Below, in pieces: positions 15,753 through 23,061 of a stretch of DNA of 29,704 nt. Position numbers and translations under genes: made by a program. Below the pieces are notes generated by a model. The model saw nothing but the letters and a program-made list of their open reading frames with translations, made no database searches and had not been told where the DNA came from. The stretch is from IMG/VR virus record IMGVR_UViG_3300038321_000078, positions 1 through 29,704 of that record. One strand, 5' to 3'. The first letter of the stretch is position 1. The number at the start of each line of letters is the position of its first letter. The DNA comes from a virus.

Positions 15753-15789
15753 AAATTAAACGGTGGGGCTGGGCGAGGGCAGTAAAAAT

Positions 15790-16011
15790 ATGAGAAAGCA
15801 AGTTAAAAAACACGTTAGAAAAACAAAGTCAGCACAGCAATTACTGAATGCTGAAATACGGTTGGCTGTAAGAAAAGGAGAACTCCCTTTTACTTTTATT
15901 GATAACGATGAAAAGACTTATCGGAAAATCGTTTATCAACTGGCGAAAGAAACCGGACAAAAGTTATCATGCACTAAAATTGAAGATAAATGGATTATAG
16001 ATATAGCCTGA
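15790..16011 (+). CDS. Hypothetical basic protein, 73 aa
   Basis: ATG 15790 preferred over the track's GTG 15763. Overlaps the primase start. Confidence 0.6.
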   Translation: MRKQVKKHVRKTKSAQQLLNAEIRLAVRKGELPFTFIDNDEKTYRKIVYQLAKETGQKLSCTKIEDKWIIDIA

Positions 16012-16853
16012 TGAAAGGCAGTAGGAAATTCATTTGTCCTGCATGCGGGGATAAAAAGAAAACATTTGTGCCGTACGTCGATGAAAATAATAACATAGTC
16101 GATTTGGATAAATGGGGGCGCTGTGAAAGAATTCACAGTTGTGGTTACATAAGCTATCCGAAAACGAATGGCAATGAATGGGAGCGGAAAATAATTAAAA
16201 GGTCTGTAATTGTCAAGCCGAAGCCCATTGAATTTGTGAGTAAAAAGATTGTAGAAGCTACATTTCACAATTTCAAACATAACCCGTTCTTTATGTTTTT
16301 AGCACGTACATTCGGTATGGAAACGGCTTACGAATTGCAGGCGAAATACAATATCGGAACGGCTACAAACGGAGGTACTATATTTTGGCAGGAGGACAAA
16401 GACGGCAATTTCAGGACAGGTAAAGTAATTTATTACAATCCAAACGGAAAAAGGAATCACGACCGGAAGAGCTGGTTTGTTCATTCAAAAATAAGACCGG
16501 ATTTTGTTTACCAACAATGTTTCTTCGGGTTGCATTTGGCTGATGAAACGAATCCGATAGCACTTTGCGAGAGTGAAAAGACAGCCGTAATGATGTCAGT
16601 TTTTCAACCTGAATTTACTTGGCTTGCAAGTGGCGGGAGTGAAATGCTGAATAATATACGGCTTGCTGAATTACCTCGACTTGATAAAGTCTTTGCTGAT
16701 AACGGGCAAACAGAAAAATGGGAAATGAAAACACGCAATTTCGATGGCAGAAAGATGGATGCTTCTGTTGATAATGCCGTTGCTGACGGGGTTATCACTC
16801 AAGGAAGTGATGTGTTAGATTTGGTTTTGGAATCAATTAATCAAAAAAAATGA
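15990..16853 (+). CDS. DNA primase candidate (N-terminal Zn-ribbon plus Toprim-like domain), 287 aa
   Basis: CPACG...CERIHSCGY zinc ribbon. Toprim-like acidic motifs ALCESEKTA and FADNG. The N-terminus YRYSLMKGSRKFICPACG resembles Bacteroidota mobile-element primase-like proteins (from memory). Confidence 0.55.
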   Translation: MDYRYSLMKGSRKFICPACGDKKKTFVPYVDENNNIVDLDKWGRCERIHSCGYISYPKTNGNEWERKIIKRSVIVKPKPIEFVSKKIVEATFHNFKHNPFFMFLARTFGMETAYELQAKYNIGTATNGGTIFWQEDKDGNFRTGKVIYYNPNGKRNHDRKSWFVHSKIRPDFVYQQCFFGLHLADETNPIALCESEKTAVMMSVFQPEFTWLASGGSEMLNNIRLAELPRLDKVFADNGQTEKWEMKTRNFDGRKMDASVDNAVADGVITQGSDVLDLVLESINQKK

Positions 16854-17317
16854 AAAAAATGAAAACAAATTATTTAGGTTACAGAGTTAATAGAAATTCA
16901 ATAGATTATGCAATTAGGTTTAGTGATAAATTCAAAGAAGATATTAAAGATGCAATGCCTGAATTTGAGTTTTGGATGTCTAATTTTCATTCTCCAATAG
17001 AATTAAAAATTGGAGATAAAATATTAATTTCTCCAAATGCGCAAATTGAAAATACAAAAGAAGGTGTTTTATATGATGAAAAATGTTTGTATGAAATATA
17101 TGGAGCTATTTCTGGAGAATTAATGTGTAAAGTCGTTGATATTTATTTTAATTTGTCGTATTATTCTGACATGACAAAAGATAAGTATAATAAGGAATTT
17201 GATGAAATGGATAAAGTAAATTTTGATAAAAATTTATATTATTATTTTTATGATGATTATAGAAATTCAAGATTTACAATTGTAATCGAGCCTGTTGAAA
17301 AACCTATAAAAAAATAA
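16850..17317 (+). CDS. Hypothetical protein, 155 aa, markedly AT-rich gene (possible moron)
   Basis: ORF track. Visibly lower GC than the flanking primase and helicase genes. Tyr/Asn/Lys-rich. Confidence 0.65.
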   Translation: MKKMKTNYLGYRVNRNSIDYAIRFSDKFKEDIKDAMPEFEFWMSNFHSPIELKIGDKILISPNAQIENTKEGVLYDEKCLYEIYGAISGELMCKVVDIYFNLSYYSDMTKDKYNKEFDEMDKVNFDKNLYYYFYDDYRNSRFTIVIEPVEKPIKK

Positions 17318-17320
17318 TCT

Positions 17321-18709
17321 ATGACAAATTACGAGAAAATAATAAAAGTAATGTGCTGGGAGGGTTACGATGGCGAAAGTCCGGAACAGACTTACCAGAG
17401 GAAAATAGGCAATGCTATCCCGCCGCCGAATGAAATAATTGACATCGTGGAGGTGGGAGGGTTGCAGAAATGGGCGGAGAGGTTGGAGGTTAGTTCACAA
17501 GTGGAGCTTTACAGCAAGCTATTGAAAGCAATTAGGTTGACAGTTGCAGACCCGATATTCAATGACAGAAAGTTAGTGAACACTTTTCCTCCTTTTGCTA
17601 ACTTCTTTTATTTCTGCCAGAAGTTAGACCGAAACGGGAAAACCGCAACGGAAGCGGAAGCAATTGCCGATATAGCTTGGAATGGTGTTATCTGTAAACG
17701 AAATAATCAAAGTAATATCCAGCAGATGTTTTCAGTTAAACCCGATGCTGACAAATACAAAGCTATTTCTGAAAAGATACGGCAGACATGGGGATTCTCG
17801 GAAAAGGAAATTGATGCATTCCGGTATTTTGTTTGTCAGACACGGCACGAGGGACACAATCCTTCATTGAATAAATCAATTTATCTATGGGGGAAAAAGA
17901 AGGGCACAGGAAAAACAACGGTAGGCAGGGCAATAATTACAATCCTTAACGGCGATAAATGGTGTAATTACGGCACGTATGAAAGCACGTTAAACAAAGA
18001 AATGGGTTACAATGACCATGATTTACCACTTGCAGCACTTTATAATTGTGTTTTCCTTGATGAAACAGTTCCGAAAGATAGCCGAAAAAGTTACGGAGGT
18101 GTAAAAAGGATGCTTACTTCTAATTCTTTTAATTACAACCCGAAGTTTAGGCAGGTGTTAACAATCCCATGTAAAAGACTTTATATTTTCACGTCAAACG
18201 ATGACATTGCGGAGTTCATTCAGGATGAAAGCGAAAGGCGGTTTGTTTCCATTGAGATTGACCGTTCGCCGGATCAGTTGATGTTTGATGAGATTTACGA
18301 CATTTGGAAAGAGTTTGCCGTAAATTGTGAACCGGAGGAGGATTGGAAAGAGTGGTATGATAGTTTCGCACTTGTCAACGGATTAGAGAAACTAAATATC
18401 GACGAGGTTAAGAATGAATTGTTTCTGCGGAAAGAGGAGCTTTTTGCTACAATGAACGGTGCTGGTAGTTATTTCACGATAAAATCGCTGGCGAATGCAC
18501 TCTTCAAAAATGAGCCAACACGGGAGCAACGGCATTCTGTAAAGTCAGCAGTTGCGGAACTTTTTCACGACTGCAAGACAAAATCAAACGATGCGCTTTA
18601 TTCAAAAACATCATGCCGGGAACGGCTATTGGATATCGAAGCGGAAAAATCAAAAGGAGAAATAGAGGAAACAGAAACAGACGACAACGGCTCGGGATTG
18701 CCGTTTTAG
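17321..18709 (+). CDS. SF3-type (VirE/D5-like) replicative helicase/NTPase with an acidic C-terminal tail ending LPF, 462 aa
   Basis: Walker A GKKKGTGKTT, Walker B VFLDET, motif C IFTSND. C-terminus ...EIEETETDDNGSGLPF. Confidence 0.65.
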   Translation: MTNYEKIIKVMCWEGYDGESPEQTYQRKIGNAIPPPNEIIDIVEVGGLQKWAERLEVSSQVELYSKLLKAIRLTVADPIFNDRKLVNTFPPFANFFYFCQKLDRNGKTATEAEAIADIAWNGVICKRNNQSNIQQMFSVKPDADKYKAISEKIRQTWGFSEKEIDAFRYFVCQTRHEGHNPSLNKSIYLWGKKKGTGKTTVGRAIITILNGDKWCNYGTYESTLNKEMGYNDHDLPLAALYNCVFLDETVPKDSRKSYGGVKRMLTSNSFNYNPKFRQVLTIPCKRLYIFTSNDDIAEFIQDESERRFVSIEIDRSPDQLMFDEIYDIWKEFAVNCEPEEDWKEWYDSFALVNGLEKLNIDEVKNELFLRKEELFATMNGAGSYFTIKSLANALFKNEPTREQRHSVKSAVAELFHDCKTKSNDALYSKTSCRERLLDIEAEKSKGEIEETETDDNGSGLPF

Positions 18710-18714
18710 AAAGT

Positions 18715-19002
18715 ATGAAAATGAACGAAAATCCATTTAAAAAAGACACTCCAATGGACGTGGAGTTTAAAGATGAAGATTTCCTTTTATTTAACAAAAG
18801 ATATTTTTTCGCTGACAAAATATTCGATAAATATGAAATAGAAGTAAATGCAGGAATGTTCAAGGTAAAGTTTGATATAGAATTTATACACAAAGAAAGT
18901 AGAAATGTTCTTGCAAAAGGAAGGTATAGCAGTTTGAAAGAACTAAATGAAGATGTAAAGATTTTCTTATTAAAGAATGAGTCTTTTTTGATTAATCTAT
19001 GA
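18715..19002 (+). CDS. Hypothetical protein, 95 aa
   Basis: ATG 18715 preferred over the track start 18613, which overlaps the helicase gene. AT-rich. Confidence 0.6.
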   Translation: MKMNENPFKKDTPMDVEFKDEDFLLFNKRYFFADKIFDKYEIEVNAGMFKVKFDIEFIHKESRNVLAKGRYSSLKELNEDVKIFLLKNESFLINL

Positions 19003-19229
19003 AAACATATCATTACAGTATCTTATTCAACGGTTGCGATATACGGCATCACGGAGAATTTGACAGCTCATTTTATGATGAGAAACAAATTGTCAGAAAA
19101 GCGAAAAAGGAAATCGAAGCCAAGCTCCCAGAGTGGGGGTTTGGCGGGCAGGATATTACGGAAACGGAAATATATTACATAGAGAATGATGAAGAAAAAG
19201 AAGTGTTTAATTATAAACAAATTGATTAG
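18999..19229 (+). CDS. Hypothetical protein, 76 aa
   Basis: ATGA overlap with the upstream gene; ATGAAAACA start. Confidence 0.65.
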   Translation: MKTYHYSILFNGCDIRHHGEFDSSFYDEKQIVRKAKKEIEAKLPEWGFGGQDITETEIYYIENDEEKEVFNYKQID

Positions 19230-19265
19230 AAGTAGAAACTTAAATATCAACAACTGCAATAGTTT

Positions 19266-19312
19266 AAAACGCCTAACGGCTATTGCTTATACACTTTGTT
19301 AGGCAACGTTTT
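19266..19312 (+). terminator. Hairpin with short T-run (weak terminator or attenuator)
   Basis: AAAACGCCTAAC (19266-19277) pairs with GTTAGGC-AA-CGTTTT (19298-19312). Core stem is GCCTAAC/GTTAGGC. Confidence 0.35.
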
Positions 19313-19315
19313 ATT

Positions 19316-19489
19316 ATGAAAAAATATAGTTTTAAAGCAATAATTGATGGTAAGGAATTTTTTCCGAAAGGATTTTATTATCAAGGTAAATTTATAATAT
19401 TGGTAGGTTGTGAAAAATCAGACCATACAATTAGAAGAAAGGAAAAAATTACTGATGTTGAAATAGTGGTGACTGAAAATGTTGGATAA
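19316..19489 (+). CDS. Hypothetical protein, 57 aa
   Basis: ATG 19316 preferred over the track's TTG 19283, which lies inside the hairpin. Confidence 0.55.
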   Translation: MKKYSFKAIIDGKEFFPKGFYYQGKFIILVGCEKSDHTIRRKEKITDVEIVVTENVG

Positions 19490-20822
19490 TAATATGAAAC
19501 TTCACAACTACCAACAGCGAATAATAGAATTTTGTAAAAAAGAACCGAAAGCTATCTTAGCGGTCGGCATGGGGTTAGGAAAATCAGCCGCAATTCTGCA
19601 TTACATAGATGAAGTAAAACCTGCATCTGTCCTGATTGTAGCTCCTAAAAGGGTTTGCGAGCAGGTTTGGAAGCAGGAAGCCGAGAAATGGGGATTGACA
19701 GAGATAGCCAACCGCCTTACAATTGTGGCAGGCACGAAAGCGAAACGCCGGAAGTTGATTCAATCATCTAACTATTTGATTATTGGGAGAGATAATTTAG
19801 CTGACGTGGAGGGTATGCGGTTTTCATTGCTTGTAATGGATGAGCTTACTTCTTTCAAGAATCCACAGTCAAAACGAACGGACTTCATTTGTTCAATAGT
19901 GGCAGAGCAACGAATAGGAATGACAGGTACATTCCTTACAAACGGTGCGATGGACTGCTTCGGTCAGTTCGCAGCGATGGAGATCGGCGGTAGGATGACG
20001 AAGAAAGAGCGGGTATCAGCTTTTTATCGATGGAGGGCGACACACTTTCAAGACCTATTAGCAGGGAGTGGGCTGCAGTTCCAGAAATGGAAGCTCGTCA
20101 CTCCGTTAGAACATTTGTTGAAAAACGTACGGCAGAACATTTTTACGTTGGATTCAAAAGATTGGCTTGAAATACCGGAGGTTGAATTTATTGAACATCA
20201 TGTAGAATTGTCAGAAGCTGAAATGACGGAGTATCTGAAACTAAACACGATGCTTAATTGTACGCTTGATGATGAGATTGTCAGCTTCAATGAAAATCAA
20301 AAGTTTGCGAAACTTCAAACGCTTTGCAACGGCTTTGTTTATGTGGACGATGGTATTCCTGTCAGGTCGGAATGGTCAACGAAACTGGATGAGGTGGTGG
20401 ACTTTGTAGATCGGGCAGTCAGCGAGGGTGAGCAGGTTCTGCTTTTTTATTCATTTCGAGAAGAAAAAGCGTGGCTGGAGGAAAAGATGAAAAAACTTCA
20501 TCTGAAATTTACGGACGTAAAGGATAAACGTTTCATGGAGAAATGGAATGAGGGAGAGGTGGGAGTACTACTTGGGCATCCAGCCTCGTGCTCGCATGGA
20601 TTGAATCTTCACCAGTCCGGAGCACGAATTTGCGTTTGGTCAACAATACCTTTTGACATGGAGTTGTGGAGCCAAGCCAACGCGAGATTAGCCAGACAAG
20701 GACAGAGGAGAAATACACAAATACACTCATTTATGGCAAAGAATACGGTTGAGAAAACAAAGTACATTGCACTTCGGAGAAAAGAAACAATTGCGAATGA
20801 ATTTGTGGAATTGACGAAATAA
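19479..20822 (+). CDS. SNF2-family (SF2) helicase, 447 aa
   Basis: Motif I GMGLGKS, motif II LLVMDELTS, motif III GMTGT, C-terminal motif VI QANARLARQGQ. ATG 19494 is an alternative start. Confidence 0.8.
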   Translation: MLDNNMKLHNYQQRIIEFCKKEPKAILAVGMGLGKSAAILHYIDEVKPASVLIVAPKRVCEQVWKQEAEKWGLTEIANRLTIVAGTKAKRRKLIQSSNYLIIGRDNLADVEGMRFSLLVMDELTSFKNPQSKRTDFICSIVAEQRIGMTGTFLTNGAMDCFGQFAAMEIGGRMTKKERVSAFYRWRATHFQDLLAGSGLQFQKWKLVTPLEHLLKNVRQNIFTLDSKDWLEIPEVEFIEHHVELSEAEMTEYLKLNTMLNCTLDDEIVSFNENQKFAKLQTLCNGFVYVDDGIPVRSEWSTKLDEVVDFVDRAVSEGEQVLLFYSFREEKAWLEEKMKKLHLKFTDVKDKRFMEKWNEGEVGVLLGHPASCSHGLNLHQSGARICVWSTIPFDMELWSQANARLARQGQRRNTQIHSFMAKNTVEKTKYIALRRKETIANEFVELTK

Positions 20823-20838
20823 AATAAAATTAAATAAA

Positions 20839-21072
20839 ATGATTATGAGTACAAAAAGCACAATCTTATTGACTAATGATAATGAGCATTGGTACAATGA
20901 CTGTTCAGAGCCGTTAACCGGCATTGACGAAAAGCCATACAAAGATGTAATTACGTTGGAGTTTAGCAAAAAAAACATACGTATAGACTTAAACGATGAT
21001 GAAGATTTGGTGATTTCTATCATAAATCCAAATTGTGAGATATACGATGTTTTGTCAAAATTTATGAAATAG
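20839..21072 (+). CDS. Hypothetical protein, 77 aa
   Basis: ORF track. Confidence 0.65.
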   Translation: MIMSTKSTILLTNDNEHWYNDCSEPLTGIDEKPYKDVITLEFSKKNIRIDLNDDEDLVISIINPNCEIYDVLSKFMK

Positions 21073-21098
21073 AACCGGGTTTATAAAATTAAATAATT

Positions 21099-21335
21099 AT
21101 GGTACGATTTGTTGAAATGACTGGAATTTACTTAGACGATAGAAAATCGTTTGGGTTTTACAATACCGTGACTGATGTTTTTGTCGGACTTAGTGACTCA
21201 TACGCTTTTGACAGCGTAAAGGACTTTGAAATGTGTTACAACAAAAATTGCGGAGTGGATTATGAAAGAATGAAATCACTCATTCCGCAGTCGTGGTATG
21301 ATTATGAGAAAACGCTGTCCGAAAATTACCGATAA
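21099..21335 (+). CDS. Hypothetical protein, 78 aa
   Basis: ORF track. Confidence 0.65.
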   Translation: MVRFVEMTGIYLDDRKSFGFYNTVTDVFVGLSDSYAFDSVKDFEMCYNKNCGVDYERMKSLIPQSWYDYEKTLSENYR

Positions 21336-21411
21336 CGCTTTGCAGCTATATTTAGTTGCGGATTTAGAAGAACAAATTATCAAATTAGTAATAACTTAAA
21401 TAGAAAGAAAA

Positions 21412-21615
21412 ATGTCAAATAAACCACAAAGACCGCAATTGAATATAGCTGTTGTTAGCGGTAGTTTTTATTGGGTAAAACCATTTAATAACAGTGAATT
21501 TGAACCTGCAAAAGCAAGACTTGATTACAGAGATGAGATATGTTTTGCATTTACGGATGGAAGTACAATGAGTATTAATGCGGTATGGGAAGTCGAGCCT
21601 TTAAATGACCGCTAA
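21412..21615 (+). CDS. Hypothetical protein, 67 aa
   Basis: ORF track. Confidence 0.65.
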   Translation: MSNKPQRPQLNIAVVSGSFYWVKPFNNSEFEPAKARLDYRDEICFAFTDGSTMSINAVWEVEPLNDR

Positions 21616-21829
21616 CACCGATATATGCGCAATCAACTTTATTATTAATAAACAAATTATGACAGCAGTAGAATATTTAGCAGAAAAGTATAATTACATT
21701 ACTTGGATGCGTAACAGAGATGAAATTTCAGCAGGCACAGCAGACGAGTTGCGGGCAAAATTTCTTAAAGAAGCAAAGGAAATGGAAAGGGAACAAATGA
21801 ATAAAGTTCAAAATGGTGTGAACAAATAA
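21605..21829 (+). CDS. Hypothetical protein, 74 aa (56 aa if it starts at ATG 21659)
   Basis: ORF track; start uncertain. Confidence 0.55.
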   Translation: MTANTDICAINFIINKQIMTAVEYLAEKYNYITWMRNRDEISAGTADELRAKFLKEAKEMEREQMNKVQNGVNK

Positions 21830-21843
21830 TTTAATAAAACAAC

Positions 21844-22059
21844 ATGGCAATAAAAAAAATAATCAGTCCGAAAAAAGACTTGAGGAAAATAACGAATAAG
21901 GAAAAAGATTTGCAGGTATTGGAATTGGCAAAGGAACAGGAGGCAAAGAGACGTCTCAAAATTGTCAGAGTTGACCGACAAACGATTATCTTTGTGGATG
22001 CGGACAAATGTCCCATAAAGGCAGTCGAAGAGTACAGAGAGAAGCTAAAGCGGTATTAG
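21844..22059 (+). CDS. Hypothetical basic protein, 71 aa
   Basis: ORF track. Confidence 0.65.
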   Translation: MAIKKIISPKKDLRKITNKEKDLQVLELAKEQEAKRRLKIVRVDRQTIIFVDADKCPIKAVEEYREKLKRY

Positions 22060-22066
22060 GGCAATG

Positions 22067-22084
22067 GATGAAAACAAACACAAA
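22067..22084 (+). repeat. 18-bp direct repeat GATGAAAACAAACACAAA, copy 1 (covers the start codon of 22068..22295)
   Basis: Identical 18-mer at 22291-22308. Confidence 0.9.
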
Positions 22085-22295
22085 CAAAAATGGAATTATG
22101 ATTGAATTATTAAAAGAACAACTGAAAGAGTATTTACTTGAATACAAAAAAGTAAATGACGAGATAAAAGCGCTTTTTGATAAAGAAAAGTTCAATGCGT
22201 ACGAATTAAAAGAATTATCAAAAAAAGGAGCTGGGTTAAAAATGATGATTGAAGCTTGTTTGCGCGAAATTAAACGTTATGAGAGCAATAGATGA
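22068..22295 (+). CDS. Hypothetical coiled-coil protein, 75 aa
   Basis: ATG 22068 preferred over track start 22008, which overlaps the upstream gene. Exactly bracketed by the 18-bp direct repeat. Confidence 0.6.
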   Translation: MKTNTNKNGIMIELLKEQLKEYLLEYKKVNDEIKALFDKEKFNAYELKELSKKGAGLKMMIEACLREIKRYESNR

Positions 22296-22308
22296 AAACA
22301 AACACAAA
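22291..22308 (+). repeat. 18-bp direct repeat GATGAAAACAAACACAAA, copy 2 (covers the stop codon of 22068..22295)
   Basis: Identical to 22067-22084. It creates a 9-codon mini-ORF (MKTNTKENE) overlapping the VRR-NUC start. Confidence 0.9.
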
Positions 22309-22313
22309 GGAAA

Positions 22314-22598
22314 ATGAATAAATCAGAAAAAAAATTAGAAAGCGATTGCTGTAAAATTGCAAGGGCGAAAGGGTTGGCGGCGGTAAAGCTGGAAAAGAAC
22401 GGACACAAAGGAATCCCGGATAGATTGTTTATAAAACAGGGAGGTCAGTCTATTTTTGTTGAGTTCAAAAGACCTGATGGGAGCGGAATTGTTTCTCCGG
22501 AACAAAAAGTATGGGCGGAATTTATCGGCGAATCTCATTTTTTCTGCTCGTCGGTAGAGGAATTTCAGAAGATTTTAGAGAAAGTTTTTAGACTTTGA
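22314..22598 (+). CDS. VRR-NUC domain nuclease, 94 aa
   Basis: GIPDRLFI ... SIFVEFKRP fits the PD-(D/E)XK core of VRR-NUC (G-x-PD ... E-x-K). Size is typical. Confidence 0.75.
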   Translation: MNKSEKKLESDCCKIARAKGLAAVKLEKNGHKGIPDRLFIKQGGQSIFVEFKRPDGSGIVSPEQKVWAEFIGESHFFCSSVEEFQKILEKVFRL

Positions 22599-22619
22599 CC
22601 GAAAAGCTATCCGATAAAT

Positions 22620-22640
22620 AACATATTTTAACAATATGTT
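22620..22640. promoter_or_regulatory. Perfect 8-bp inverted repeat AACATATT-ttaac-AATATGTT (operator or RNA hairpin candidate)
   Basis: Read directly. Followed by AGGAGG at 22642-22647. Confidence 0.3.
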
Positions 22641-22703
22641 TAGGAGGTCCGGAGCGATTTTCAATGAAAATGGGATTAATAGTTTATTTTTTTAGTAAAG
22701 TTC

Positions 22704-22738
22704 AGCCGATTGCCAACGATGGTGGTCGGCTTTTTTTT
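22704..22738 (+). terminator. Rho-independent terminator ending the early/replication operon
   Basis: Stem AGCCGA (22704-22709) / TCGGCT (22726-22731), then a T-run through 22738. Confidence 0.75.
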
Positions 22739-22750
22739 GCTTTTTTGTGG

Positions 22751-22956
22751 TTTTTATCAGGAAATAAATTATTTTAGAAGAAACTAAAAGTAAAATAATA
22801 ATCAAAAATAATAGTAAAAAAGGCTATAGAAGTATATCAGGTATATTATTATTATATATTATTATAATATTATATATATACTATACTTATGACTATACTG
22901 TTCTTTTTTCCTATAGGCTTTTCAAAACGCATAATAATAATAATATAATAATAGTT
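22751..22956. repeat. AT-rich element B: inverted, diverged copy of element A (5786-5952), with internal dyad symmetry, a (TA)n core and (TAA)n arm
   Basis: Blocks shared with the reverse complement of A: tttttatcag 22751-22760, aaataatagt 22806-22815, tatatcagg 22833-22841, tattatatatatact 22868-22882, acgcataataataataatataataatagtt 22927-22956. Confidence 0.7.
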
Positions 22957-22999
22957 TAACAAAACTAAACAGAAGTTAAAAAAATGTTAACGTAAAGGA

Positions 23000-23035
23000 A
23001 ACCGAAAAAAAAACCGAAAAAACGTTGTATATTTG
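23000..23035 (+). promoter_or_regulatory. Candidate late/packaging-operon promoter: tandem AACCGAAAAAA x2 followed by the -7 box TATATTTG
   Basis: AACCGAAAAAA at 23000-23010 and 23012-23022; TATATTTG at 23028-23035, about 26 nt before ATG 23062. No -33 TTTG. The 12-mer GTTGTATATTTG is shared with 11620-11631. Confidence 0.4.
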
Positions 23036-23061
23036 ACGAAAATAATTCATGCAGAAAAACT

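Noticed and set aside
17682-17870. A + strand 62-aa ORF in an alternative frame inside the helicase gene
   Set aside because: It is fully embedded in 17321..18709, which carries clear Walker motifs. It has no independent start context.
2751-22067. N-terminal extensions in the track that use TTG/GTG or upstream in-gene starts (2751, 15763, 18613, 19283, 22008)
   Set aside because: Each extension overlaps the preceding gene, a hairpin or a G-rich spacer. An internal ATG with the typical A-rich leader follows the upstream stop codon, so shorter coordinates are reported.
22664-22777. A 37-aa ORF (MKMGLIVYFFSKVQ...) downstream of AGGAGG
   Set aside because: It runs straight through the intrinsic terminator hairpin and T-run into AT element B. 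Its hydrophobic composition is explained by the poly-T tracts.
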